A DNA stretch of 64,000 nucleotides, from NCBI GenBank assembly GCA_964270895.1, contig OZ185437.1; one strand, given 5' to 3'. The position numbers and the translations under genes were made by a program. Below are positions 26,156-39,104 of this stretch, piece after piece. This DNA is from Podarcis filfolensis (Eukaryota). Each line of letters opens with the position of its first letter. Within the stretch, counting starts at the first letter, position 1. Under the pieces are notes generated by a model. That model was not told where the DNA came from. It worked only from the letters and a program-made list of their open reading frames with translations, and ran no database searches.

Positions 26156-26920
26156 AACCAGCAGCAGGACCTAAAAGCCTACAATAACTGTGCCTGTTCC
26201 CTGCAAATGGACTAGCTTGTGCTCAATTCAACTCCTGTTGAGGTGGGTCCACTCCTGCATGTTACTGGTTGGATCCCTGATGACTGGATTAGTTGTTTGA
26301 GCTATCAGACTGTACCTTCTGAACTGAAGGGGAAATTGGGACTCATCCTACTTCTGCTCTCAGGAGAGCAGCCATGGATACCTTTGGTCCAAATGTGTGG
26401 CGTGCTTGGCATCTGCCTGTTCCTGCCAGTCTACACAACAGAGGTAGCTCACATCAGTGTGGTTGTGGGGCTGTTCTGGAAGGAAAGGTTGACTAGGATG
26501 CTTTCTTCCTGGTTGAGTGTGCTCTCTCCAAGTACAGATGATTTAATACCTTTATAATTGAAGAGCTTGCCTGTGATTGAAAGCCCATATTTTGGGGTGT
26601 TGTTCTTTGAACTGTGGGGGAAAGAGTTTCATGGAAACTGCTTTTCAGTGGGTGCTTCCCATATTCCCAGCTGTGAGCTACAATACTTTGCCTGGTGTGT
26701 GAAAAACTGCTGCTTAGAAAAGTCCTTGTGATCAGAGGTTTCCTTGATCCGCAAAAGCACTACCAATTATTTCCTTCCTTTATTCTCCCAATCTCTTTGA
26801 CCTCCCTGGACACATCCCATATACCCAAAGGGTATACATATTTTAAAAGTGCACCTCTTCCCATTGGCAGGAGCTTATGGTGGTGGATCTCAACAGAGAC
26901 CGCAAGTAATACTTACTTTT

Positions 26921-27270
26921 AGAGCGGGCGGCTCTGTGGTCTAAACCACAGAGCCTAGGGCTTGCCGATCATAAGGTCGGCGGTTCAAATCCCCATGACG
27001 GGGTGAGCTCCTGTTGCTCGGTCCCTGTTCCCGCCAACCTAGCAGTTCGAAAGCACGTCAGAGTGCAAGTAGATAAATAGGTACCGCTCCGGCGGGAAGG
27101 TAAACGGCGTTTTCGTGCGCTGCTCTGGTTTGCCAGAAGCGGCTTAGTCATGCTGGCCACATGACCCGGAAGGTGTATGCTGCCTCCCTCGGCCAGTAAA
27201 GTGAGATGAGCGCCGCAACCCCAGAGTCGTCTGTGACTGGACCTAACAGTCAGGGGTCCCTTTACCTTTA
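26921..27270 (+). mobile_element. Sauria SINE
   Basis: taaaccacagagcctagggcttgccgatc...ggggtccctttaccttta. Confidence 0.9.
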
Positions 27271-27537
27271 ATGTTCACATTGCAATTTGTGAGCTTTAAT
27301 GGTAGGGTTATGTGAGGATACGGAGACTTGCTACATACCATTACTCAATGTAGTGCAAGGTGCACTTACAGATTTTTATTCTGAAGCTCTGTCATGTTCT
27401 TCGTCCAGAGCTGTGTGCGGGATGCTCCTAGGAGTGGAGTGGTCTGGAATTGTAAGGGTTGTAGACAAGACTTTTAGGGTTGAAAAGCCAGGTTTGTCTT
27501 CTGCAGTGCAACCTTGACTCGTTCTGGCTTGTCCCAT

Positions 27538-27740
27538 GTAAGAACAGAACAAGTCTTTCTGGATCAAGGCCCATCTAGTCCGGCATCCTGTTCTCACAGT
27601 GGCCAGCCAGTCGCCTGTGGGAAGCCTGCAAGCAGGACTGGCATGCAGCAGCACTCTCGCCATTTGTGAATCCCAGAAAACGGCGTCCAGAGTCATATGA
27701 TCTTGTTCAGTGGAGGCAGAGCGTATCCATTGCGGCTAGA
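27538..27740 (-). mobile_element. CR1 LINE 3' fragment
   Basis: ggcccatctagtccggcatcctgttctcacagtggcc is the reverse complement of a CR1-type 3' end. Confidence 0.6.
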
Positions 27741-30034
27741 GAACACACAAGTAGAATGTGGTACTTGTGTGTTCTCTAGCCTCCTCCCCACTCTACTTGT
27801 TTGTGGTGATTGACAGTGGAAGGAGCCGATGGGGCAGTACACTATTTTAAGCAGGCTTATAAATAAATGAGAGACGAAGGATTCATCTAATAAAAATATA
27901 TATAAGTTTTTGAGAATCCCCGTGACAACACTACTGTTCTCTGGCTAGAGCTAAAGCTCCCTCTCCTGGACAGATTTGCTTCACTGCAGTCATTTAACAA
28001 GGCACAAACTATTGATGTAGTGCCGGATTACATATTAAATTCAGTTGTGTGTTTCATTCCCCTGACTTTTTGTCTCTTCTCCACGGAAAAGTAACTGTGG
28101 AAACCATCATCAGGACCATGCAACTTCCTCCCCAGCCCCCAGCCCCCCCCCCCGTAGGAAAGTAACATTTTCCCTGCCATTTGTCTACCCTGGGAAGAGT
28201 TAAAAGCGTGTATTCCACTCCCAACAACAGCCTCAAAGTCTGTGTTTCATTGAATAAATAGAAAAGCCAGGGGAAAGTAGCATACAATTGCATGCCATTT
28301 GTTGACTGTCCCAACATTTACTTAGCTTGTCAAAGCTAAGAGTCCCTCTTCACTGGTTCTAGGAAACAAAATAATGAGGGTTCGGTTTCTTTAGATTTGT
28401 AGAAATAACTTTGCTGCAGTACAGAATATTGACTGCTGAAGGCATGAATTACAACCCTGTACCAAAATAATGCTTAGGGGTTGAATCTTCAACCTCAGTC
28501 TTTTAAGGACTCAGGAATCAGTTAAGTTGATTTATCTCATTTTCCAGTGGTGTGAAAATTGTTAGGCATGCTCAACCGTAACATTTGTATTATGAAATTA
28601 GTATTGGAAAGGTGAGGAAATTGAGCTTCTACTCTCTGAACTGGCCATAATTAAAGCTCTCAGAAAAACAACAGCAAAAACTGCTCCCTGCTTCTTTGGA
28701 ATCCTGGTTATCTAAATCTTCAGCTTCCTGTTGTAACCTGTTTTTTTCTCCGCAGCTGTGCAGCAACATAAAGAATCTGCTTGTGTTTTGGTGGCAGCTG
28801 AGTGGTATTGGGAACAGTGATTGTGTGTTGTTGATAAATTTTATAAAAGGCTTAGGATAGAAGGTGGTGAACAAATGGAAGACAATAATCCGCAGTTTAT
28901 GGAATCATTGATGAGTTTGTTTAAGAATGGAAGTGCATGTATGTGTGTTTTGAACAGAAGAGAAAAGTGGGCAGTTTGGGGAATGTGGTTTGTTTTTTAT
29001 AGTTTCTTCCTCCATTCTTTTTAATGCCAAGTTTTCTTAGCCAAATCTTCCAAAGGCTGCATTAATTTTCTCAAAACAATGTTATCAAACACTGATGCGC
29101 GAACAAGGCCTGCAAGTTGACTCTGAACTAAATCCAATTTGTTGTTAAATTCCATTGGTGTTTTGGCATAAATATGAGAACTAATTTTGTGGAATTGATG
29201 TTGCTTTTTAAGCCTTAACATGGGTAAGCTAGTAAACTAGAGGGGGAAAGCTGTGGGAGATTGGCTACTTCACGTGATCCCTGATAGCATGACTTAGAAG
29301 CATCTTACGATACGACTAATCCAGAAAATAACGTAACTTAAAAGTGTTGAGGTTTCTTAGATTCCCATGAATGTGGCTTCCTTATAAGTAATAGAGACCG
29401 AGCTTTTTAAAACCAAGCTACTTTTTCTTTTTACCATTAACTGTAAACTGTCCATTGCTGTCACTTGACTGTGGCTTTAAACTTTTAAAAACCTGTTTCT
29501 CTCAGGGAGCTGCTATTCTCCAGTTACTCTAGTTGTCCCTAGATAAGATTACTTCTCAAAACCGGATGGAATACCGAATTGCAGATGGTATTGACTTGCT
29601 GCTCACTGAGCTCTTAACAGCATCCAAGCCTCTCTGTGGCCAAGTGAGGGACACCCCACACAGAAGATCTCTCCTCTGTTTCACAGCAAATTAGGTTGGG
29701 CTGTTGTGACTGAGGTGGAATAATGAATGTATCTGCATAATTCATGGCAGTATTCTACTCCAGAATAAATACCTGTTCAATAAGTACATCAAGCAGTTGA
29801 ATATTCCTGTCCTTTTTTCTTTTTTTTTAAAGGGGGATAGTTTTAAAGGCCTTTCCAGTATGCTGTGGAATTGTGGCCTGATGCTCGGGTTCTGTGATAC
29901 TCATTGAAAACCTAGTTAGAATACTCTGCGTCCAGCGCTGACCGTGTTCTTGCCTGTACTGTGGTTTTCTTTGTGTGCTCCTGTGTGTCAAGCCGATTGG
30001 TAACTCTCACAAAGTTCCCTTTCTCCGGTTTCAG

Positions 30035-30129
30035 AAGCCGTTGCCCAGATGCTGTTGGATGCGGTGCAGATACCGCAGACTCAGAGCCGGGAGGACGAAC
30101 ATGTTTGGACAGGACATCACTTTGGGTCT
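30035..30129 (+). other. TJAP1: Candidate 95-nt TJAP1 5'UTR exon
   Basis: Pyrimidine tract ttccctttctccggtttcAG acceptor and TCT|GTAAGT donor; CpG retained within. No transcript evidence available. Confidence 0.55.
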
Positions 30130-30867
30130 GTAAGTCCCTTGTTTTATGAGAGGCCTATGTGGGGAATGTCTGCAAGGGGTTGTGCGGTGGTACCCTGGGT
30201 ATTTTGTCATGTGCGATGGGCGGGAGGAAGGGAGCTGAGCACGGGACGTGTATGTTGTACTCTAGAACCCAGCAGGACACAGGAGAAGCGCGTGGGAATC
30301 AGTGCATGTTCTACTGTAGAGGACAATGTCTCTTGTAGATGAGGCAAGGATGACAAAATGCCGTTCACATGGACCAGGCTCTTGGTTGGATATTATCCTC
30401 AGTTTTAAAAATGCACAGGAAATAAAAAGGCTTTTGCCTGGTATCAAAACAACACAAGGACCACACGAGTCTCTCTAGGGGAAAAGGTTTCAAAACCAGG
30501 CTGCTATAACCAAAATGGCTCTCTCTGTGGTAGTCACCCACCTAATTTCAGAAGACAGGAGCATCAAATGAAGGACCTCTGACAAAGATTTTAACACATG
30601 GACATATGGCGGGGGGGGGGGGGCTATCCTTGAGGTGGCTGGACCCTAAGGCATCAAAGGCTTGAAAGATAGGTGCCCACAATGTAAAATTGTGTTCAGA
30701 AATGGGCCTATTGTGAGTAAAATCTTTTTTCCCCCCAAATGAGCATGAATTAGCCTCTAAAGCTGGTCCTAGTTATCAACCTAGTAGATTATTTTGAATT
30801 AACTGGTGTTTCCATGAAGTCTCAAAAGGCATTTTGGGTGCTATTCAACTAAGTTTTATTCACAGTA

Positions 30868-31128
30868 CAGTCATACCTCGGGTTACAGACGCTTCAGGTT
30901 GCGCGTTTTCGGGTTGTGCACCATGACGAACCCGGAAGTACTGGAACGGGTTACTTCCGGGTTTCAGTGCTCGCGCGTGCGCAGATATACTAAATCACGC
31001 TTTGCACATGCGCAGAAGCACTGAATCGTGACCCACGCGTGCGCAGATGCGGGACTGCGGGTTGCGAACGCTGCTGGTTGCGAACGTGCCTCCCGCATGG
31101 ATCACGTTCGCAACCTGAGTGTCCACTG
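30868..31128. mobile_element. Tc1/mariner-type MITE, family B (CpG-rich)
   Basis: TA|cagtcatacctcggg...gagtgtccactg|TA. Confidence 0.85.
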
Positions 31129-31199
31129 TACACCCATTGAAATGAATAGGCCTAGCTTAGCCATGTTCATTAATTTCAATGAGTTTGCTCTGAGTAGAA

Positions 31200-31300
31200 C
31201 TTAGTAGAATGCCCTCCCCCATTCTGTTAGGGTTGAACTTTGTTTTGTTGGCTCTCGTCCAGTCCATCACTGATCTCAGACCCCAATTCGGAATCTCTAC
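31200..31300 (-). mobile_element. Small L2 RT fragment
   Basis: Minus translation MDWTRANKTKFNPNR resembles the L2 W-x-x-x-N-K-L-K-L-N-P motif. Confidence 0.5.
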
Positions 31301-33666
31301 TGCCTTTCCTGAACCAGATGACAAGGAGAAATCAAGCAATATTCCACTGTATTGGCGGCACCACACTCCATCTCCAGATGACCCGTGCATTCATCTAAAT
31401 ATTAAAGAGCATGGGGGGTAAGATACCATTCCAGCCATGGGACTAAACAATAGTCCTCCAGGACCACCTTCTGTAATCTGACCCTCCAAATAGGAACAGG
31501 ACCACCAACAAGGCAGAGTCTCCATCCTTCAGTTGACATGGCTGTCCATAAGGATACCACAACAGATGGTTTTGAAAATCACTGAGATATTCAGGAAAAT
31601 TTCAGAGTTGCATTCCCTGTCTTTTTCTCAGCACAGGTCATCCATCAGGGTGATCAAGGCAGTTACTTTGCTGTAAGTGGGGCTGAAATCTATCTAGCTA
31701 GTAAGTCCCATCCAAAAGTGCCTAGAGTTGTGCATCAATCAGCTGGTTGAGCACTTTGCCCGGAAAGGGATGCATGTTGTTGCAATCCTTGGGGTCTAGG
31801 GAAGGCTTTTTTAAGCCTTACAACCACCTGATTCAATATTCAAGATAACCTCTGAACTTGTAGGTGAACTCCTCTCTGCTAGCTTTTATAAGCCATAAGG
31901 GGCAAGATTGAGTACACAGATTGTCAACACCCCAGCAGGTGCCTTACTCTCATTCACAGGCCACAGCTATTGAAAAATCTTAACGAAAAAGGACCAGACC
32001 GCATGCTAGCCATGTTCATTGATTGAACTGCAACACTGGTGATGTTTAAGTGGGAGACATGCAAGCAACCTTCTTGCCAAGGTGCATAGCAACTTAGTCC
32101 ATGCTTGGAATACCATTTGGAGAAGCTCCACTGCCTTCACTCCACCACAGAGTAGACTTGTGAGCTCTTGATGTATTTTATGAGCATTGCAAGTTTTTCA
32201 GCACTGTGTTTAAGCCATCTCCCTAGCCACTTCACTGTCCCAACTGCCTGGTAAATCCATGTACTGAGTGGGACCTATTTAGCTTGCCACATGTTTAGGA
32301 GTAATTGTGTCAATTATGTGAGCCACATCTGCATTCCACAGAGCAACGAAGGTTTCAGCAGGTGCCCCAGTCGTGCCACTAGGAAGCTCCCAAAGGATTC
32401 TCTTAGTCTCCATGGGCAGACCATCCCAATAGGTCCATCATCCTTGTGGAGGGAAAAGCCTGAACCCAACAGGAAGTTACCTGACCATGACAATTGTTCT
32501 TGTGCTTGCCTTCCCAGACAACAGAACATTTCTTTTCTGCTGTTTTACATTGTAACTTGTTTTACTGTGTAAACTTTTGGGTTGCATTTTGTACTTTTTA
32601 ATAAGCAACAAACCACCATGTTTATTTAGTTATATGGCCTCTATATAGTTGTTCATGTGTGTACAGATACATGTATAATATATTTTATGCATTTGAAGAA
32701 CTAGGATCTTGCAGCTTTTAAAATAAATAAAAAAGTGAGATTCTCAGGCTGCTGAATTTTGCACCTGATTAAAACAATTGTCCTGTTTCTGTGTTTGCAT
32801 GGAATTGGAGAGTATGCTGAGCCTTCTTGGAAAGCCTCTCCCCACCCCCACAAGTCTATTCACAGGCACCGTGCTGCGTTCCTGTATTGTTGGACTTGGA
32901 GAAGTGTAGATCTAGTTATTGCTCTGTGGCCTTGGAACAGAATAGCTATGCTATTGTGAGATTGTTTGTTCTGTGCTAGTTGAGGCCCGAAGAAAACACT
33001 GTAGTAAGGAAAGGGGCCAACAAGCTTGTTGGGGCAGGGCCAATCCTAGGGCATCTCAAAGACTTGTTTCAGCAGCTCTCTTGCCCAGCACAGGCCCTCC
33101 TGGCTTCCTGTTACACTATCTTTGTTTATGGCTCTGACTTAGGGTGTGGAGTTTTTGTACACATAATGTAACCCCAACTCCAAGGTTGGGTGCCATTGAT
33201 AGAGGAAAGTAGCTGGAAGGGCCAGGGAAGACTTCAGCAATGCAACCCCACCAGATTGTGTGAGAGCTTGAGTGGAAATAGCAGGCCAGAATCCTATTCT
33301 CCGACCTGTTGTTCTATCCCTCTGTTCATAGTTCCCTGACCTTGTGGGCATCCGGTTGTATATATGCCATACCTGTACATTTTAGGCTCATTTTGTTCTG
33401 AGAGCTAGGCATGGGAGAGATGATCTGTGGTAAAGAAGGTGAGGGACATTCTCTTAAGAGGGCCAGCAAATAGTTGGTACAGATTTCAAAAGCATCCCCC
33501 CCAATACATCTTACAATTCCTTTCAGAAATAGAGGACGGTGTAGTCTGTTTCATGGGAATCTGCTGCCCACCTTCATTTTGACTCCTGAGCCTTTTATGA
33601 ATCAGTACCTGAACTCTTGTTTTCTGATGGATCAGTGCAGCAGCAAATAGTTGTAAAATCAAAATA

Positions 33667-33869
33667 CAGTTGTACCTCGGTTCTCGAACGGAATCCGTTC
33701 TGGAAGTCCATTTGACTTCCAAAACGTTCGGAAACCAAGGCGCGGCTTCTGATTGGCTTCAGGAAGCTCCAAAGATAGTTCACAAACCAGAACACTCACT
33801 TCTGGGTTTGCGGCATTCGGGAGCCAAAGCGTTCGAGAACTAAGCTGTTTGAAAACTAAGGTACGACTG
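33667..33869. mobile_element. Tc1/mariner-type MITE, family C
   Basis: TA|cagttgtacctcgg...aaggtacgactg|TA. Confidence 0.85.
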
Positions 33870-36750
33870 TACTCAGTATTACCCTTTGGTGTACATGGGA
33901 AAATGTGCTCTACCAGAATGTTTTGTTGACAGTTTTGAGCTTTATTTAGGTATTTGCAGCTATTCCCCCCACCCCCATCTGACCTGTGATCCTACAGATT
34001 GGGCATATTTCGGTTGGGGACTGACATAAGTGTTTATTCCTTGAGCTGGAAAAGAGAGGAGGAGCTGAGCTCCATAGTAAACCGTCTTTGTTTTCCTCAC
34101 TTTTTAGGTTGTTGGGTTGAGTGCCTTCTTCATGAGGCTTCAAATCTGAATCCAGGCTGGTAAGTTCTTCAGCACATCTGTTATAGGCTTAGCTGTGGGG
34201 ATTGCCTCATACTTAGGCATTGCACTGCTCCACATTTGACCTTCCTTCAGTGAGAGTCGGCCAAAGAGGCCTTACCCAATCCCCTTTATGAACGAGATGT
34301 ACATAAGAAGTCGTCATATATCTGGTCACTACTTACCCATCTAGTCCAGTTTAGCCTATTTGTTGAGGCTCCCCAGGGAGTCTCACTCGTGTCATCTGCT
34401 CTCTGGTCCTTTTACCTGGAGGTGATTCAGCCTGGGGCCTTTTGCATTCAAAACCATAGCTACTACTGAGCTATGATTCTTCCTACAATGAGAAATGTAG
34501 AGCGCTGAGGAAGCCCTTCTCAAGACTGACCCCAGATTATAGAATGTTACTTCCAGGAGGTCTCTTAAATGGTCAGCCGCCGCCTTGTTGTTTTTAGAAA
34601 ACAGCAAGTCATTTCTGTTTTAACTGGTTTTCAAGAATATACTAGGACATGTTAAATTTGCAGCCGGTTATATTTGCTCATTTTTGCGCTTGCTGTTATG
34701 ATTTAATTAATGGATAGTTTTTACAGCCTTCTTTGATTAGCAGGGTAGCATGTTTTAATTCAGTGGGTTCAATACTGGGGAGGAGGTAGCAAAAGGCATG
34801 CACTTTCACCCATGAGTCATCAGGTTACTAGAGGCTTTGACTGCTGCTGTCTGGAAGACGTGGTGCCTGCAAAACATTGTCATTGGTATTGTAGCTGCCC
34901 TGCGTTTACCTCCAGCTGTACAGATATGTTTTGACTTGTGTGTAATGGAATGTTGGAGGGAACCATGGGAGTAATGGGACAGTTCCAGGCAGTTTAAGCA
35001 CAAAGGTACTGTGTCTTCTTTACCCAAATTGTTATTGACTTGATAAGAACCCAGTGGCTCTACAGAGCAAAATGCCACAGAGAACCTGTGTTTGTTTCTT
35101 TGTCTTCGTTTACCTCTTGCTCTGCTCTAAGCAGGCATTACAATAGGCTGACTCTTGAGGGCTGCAAAACCTATGATGTTGGGTTTTTTATTGCACATTG
35201 GCTGAAGGAAATGCATTCCTTGTGGAGGAGGAAATGGACAAGAAACCGCTTGCTTGAAATGAAGGTGCCTTCAGCAAAGCATTCCCTGAAATATCATACT
35301 CTGGCCATGTCTGTGCTTCCTGCTCCTTTAGCAGGCCTCACCTTTTCTGCCCTGACTGACCTTTGTTGTGAGCATGTGCTTCTTGTCACTTTCCTGCAGT
35401 GCCAAGCCTGCTGTTTGCCCTTGATGTATGTCAGTAGTAGAAGTACTTGATGCTGTTACATCATTCTAGCGTAGTACTTAGAAACGGAAGCAAGCCAAGA
35501 GCTGTGCCGAATCCAGCACAGGCAAGTTCTGCATGCAGTCCTTGTCTGTAGAGGAGTATCATCTGTTGAGGGCGATCTAGTTGATGAGATTTCGCAGAGC
35601 AACATTCCCTGTATCCTTTTAGCTACCTTGGGAAATGCTGTTTGTGGGCCACATGGTTTGTGAACTTTGCAGGGGTTGTGAGGACTGAAAGGCCCGAGGA
35701 AAGCTGTTTGATTCCAGTTCCCTTGTATATCATAGAAGGATTTCATGGCCGAGCTTCCGTCAAGCCTGACTGCCTGATTTCTGGAAGGGTTTTGGACACT
35801 TGACTTGCATTTGTTGACAAGTTTATAGTCTTGGCCGGCAGCAGCAGGATCACTGCCCTTGGCTAATTTTTTACCTACACAGCAGAAGGCAGAGGCCTCT
35901 TGTCTGTGCTTTCAGGAACATTTGCATCAGTCCTGATCCCCCCCCCCCCATCCCCATTATAAATTGCCTGCTGCCTCTGGCGAATGCTGTCCTGGAACCT
36001 GACACAGGTAGGTGCTGTTCATGGCTCATAGCTTTTACAGAATGTAGGCCTGCGTTGTTAAGCCCTGATGCAGCAGCATAGCTCAGCAGCTTTCAGCAGG
36101 GTTCCTTCTGTCCTAGAAGTGCCTCCAAGCTTTGCCCTTACAGAGAGTGGCAGCGAAAGTGCCTCTCTTTGCCGTTTTATCCCTGACACACTTGGGAGTA
36201 ATTTGGCTTTAACTAATACAAGCACATAATTTCTCCAGCCTGTCGGCATGCTTAATGCCTGCCGTTCTCTCCCATATAGTCCCTCTTGGCAGCGACAGCA
36301 CAAGATCAATAGCTCCTGCCTGGCCTGTCATTCCCGCCTGCAAGGTTTTCAGTTTCCATATCGGAAACGGCCTTTCCTAAAGAGCCCAATCAATATGCCG
36401 CTCTGAGGCCTGTTCTCGTTTGCTATATATAATCTGGACACACACTGTATGTTAGTGTGTGTATGTGCATAACACAGAGAGAGAGAGAGGATGAGCCAAT
36501 CCTCTGCTCTTGCTGGCTGGGAGGACGCAGCTGTGCTTTTTCTTCTTCCCTCCTTTTTTACTACAGCTGCTTTCCAAGGCTCTGGCCTGCCTCTTTCCTC
36601 GGTTCTCTGGATGTTTGGCTGCTGTGGGACACAGGATATCTGACTGCCTTGTGGGAACGTATCTGGGCTGAATGGGGCATATGTGACTCTCTCTCTCTGC
36701 AATTTCTGCTCTCGGCAGGTGACCTATTGTGCAAGTCAAGCGAGGGGACA

Positions 36751-38208
36751 ATGACGAGCACTGCACCTTCCAAGAAGCCTTACCGCAAGGCTCCTCCGCA
36801 GCACCGCGAGATCCGTCACGAGCTGCCCATCCTGCGCGACGACCAAGATGGTGTGATTTTGGCGGAGCAGAGTCAGGTAACTGAAAGCCGGGCAGCTAAG
36901 GGCCTGGTTCCACTTCGTCAGCCGAAGGGGTTTAGTTACCCCAAGGCAGGCCAGCCCAAACAGCAGGTGGATGGGTATGAGGTTTGCAACGTTAACTTTT
37001 CTTCCTGGTCTCTGGAGTCGAGCAGCGACAAGGAGCTAGCAGGGTGCCGAGCAGAGCTGAACCTGAAGAGCCGGACTCTGTCGCCTGTGCTGCTTCACAG
37101 TGGGAAAACGGGAAGGCGGAGTGTGAGGCACTGTCGGCACCCTAGCCGTGGGCGGCTCAGTAAGTTCATGAGTCGAAGCGTAGAGACGGTAGTGGTTTCT
37201 GGGGACGAAGGCCGGAGGCCGACTTGCTCCTTCAAGAGTAGAAGCCTGGAGCGTTCCCTCATGTTCAAAGAGCCTGCTGAGATCTTAGCACCTAGGAAGT
37301 TCCATGTCCCATCGACCCACCTGCCCCTCAAGGGCATCTTGAAGCAGACAGACATGCTGGAAGTGCGGCCTGAGAGCCTGCGCAAATCTCGCTCGGTGGA
37401 GACCCTGGCCCGTGGCCGCCGCTCACGGAAGTACAGCGACCCTCAGCTGTGCCTGAGCAGGCACGACAAGCGCGGCTCCGAGCACAACAGCGGGAGCTGC
37501 TCCGACTCTGTCAGGCGGAAGGAGAAGATCACGGAGGAGAAGCTCCAGTTCTCCAAGTTCCTGGACGAGATCACCCACCGGGTGCTGAGCCCTGTCCACT
37601 TGCACTCCTTGGGGGAGGGCAGAGCAGGAGAAGGGAGCCAGGACTCCCCCACTTCTCCCAGGTGCTCCACACCAGAAGGGCAGAAGGAGAGCCAGCCTGA
37701 AGGCACCAGGAGGACCGCTGAGAAAAGCCCTCGGCTCACTAGGAGGAAAGCAGAGCGGAGGCGCGAGGGTCTCGATGTGGTACCTTGCCGTAAGAAGCTG
37801 CCAGAGGAGATGGAGAGGGCTTCCAGGCTAAGGAGGAAGCCCGTCTTGGTGAGGGCGGACAGCAAGGAGAAGTTCCTCTCCATGGAGAAGCGGGTGGTGG
37901 ATCTGTGTCAGTATCAGCTGCAGCACCTGGCAGAGCTGGGCTTGGCAAGGGTGTCTTCTGAGCAGCAGCATCTGCCTCCGTGGAAGACGCTGGGTCAGGA
38001 GGGAGGGAGGGATGAAGGGCAAGACCAGAGTGAATACCCACCGCGGCTCGTGTGGCTACAGCCCCTGGGTTGCAGAACTAGCCCGAGGCCAGTGCTGGAG
38101 CCGAGCTACTCGGGAAAAGGGTCCTTCTCCCCTCCCTCACGTTGGAGCCAGGAAGAGGGCAGTGCCTCACCCAGAGCCTCCCCTTCCTTCAGCTTAGCGC
38201 TAAACAAG
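36751..38208 (+). CDS. TJAP1: TJAP1 first coding exon (acceptor at 36718/36719, ATG 36751); short form ends 36876, long form ends 38208
   Basis: MTSTAPSKKPYRKAPPQHREIR matches the recalled human N-terminus MTSAAPAKKPYRKAPPEHRELR. Two phase-0 donors: CAG|GTAACT (36876) and AAG|GTAGGT (38208). Confidence is higher for 36751-36876 than for use of the long form. Confidence 0.85.
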
Positions 38209-39104
38209 GTAGGTGCTTAGTGAAGAGGGAGTGAGGGACAGATGTTTGTCTGCCAAGTTTTGTCTGTCGTAACTTAGAGCACCGGGATGGCAGATCTCCT
38301 TAAGTCTCGATAAAGTTTGACCAAAGGGGTTTTATCCCCAAATATTATCCACCCAACATGTTTCTTATTAGCTCATTCCCCGCTTGTGTTGATCCTTAAA
38401 ATGGGACCCTTAAAATGGGAAACTGAGCCCACATGCTTGAATACTGAATACGTCATACTTTCTGAATAGCCCATTGATTTTTCTTCCTTCCTTTTCGCAT
38501 CCAGGTTGCCCTGGGTACGCTTCTTTGGAGATGCTTACCTGTCGAGTGCCAGTATATGTGTTTGTGGCAGCTTACCTGTTTTGCTAAACTGCCTGGTAAA
38601 TTCCTCAGGCACCTTTGTATGAGTCACAGTTCTTGAGAAAATCTGCCATTCACTTCCATCCATCACAGAAAGAGGTTCTTAAGCTGAGTGTACCCTAATG
38701 AAAAGGCGTTTTGTCTTTGCCCAGATCTCTCTCCTGCCCTCTTATATCAGGCATTGCATGCTGGGAGATTGCCATTTGCCCCATACTGTGTAGTCTGATA
38801 GGGCAAATCTTGCTAGAGTCAGTACGTTCAGGACCACTGAGCGTCATAGGCTGGCATGATTGGGCACCTGCCAAGGCCCTTTGCCCTGGCAAGGGGTCCA
38901 TCATTGAAAGCCCCCTGGACCCAGAGACGCAGTGAGCAAGCAAAAAGTAGCAGAGACCAGGACAAACTGGTAGATAAGCAGGTGGTAGCAACAAAAATAG
39001 AAAGAATGGAAGCAAGCAGTTGCGGTTTGTTGAGGGTGTTTTGCCCAAGGGTCCTCTCCAAAATCTGAACTCAGCAGTATGTGTCAGTATTGTTTAGGGA
39101 TATT

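Noticed and set aside
37095-38041. Several minus-strand ORFs (up to 146 aa)
   Set aside because: Shadow frames of the GC-rich TJAP1 exon.
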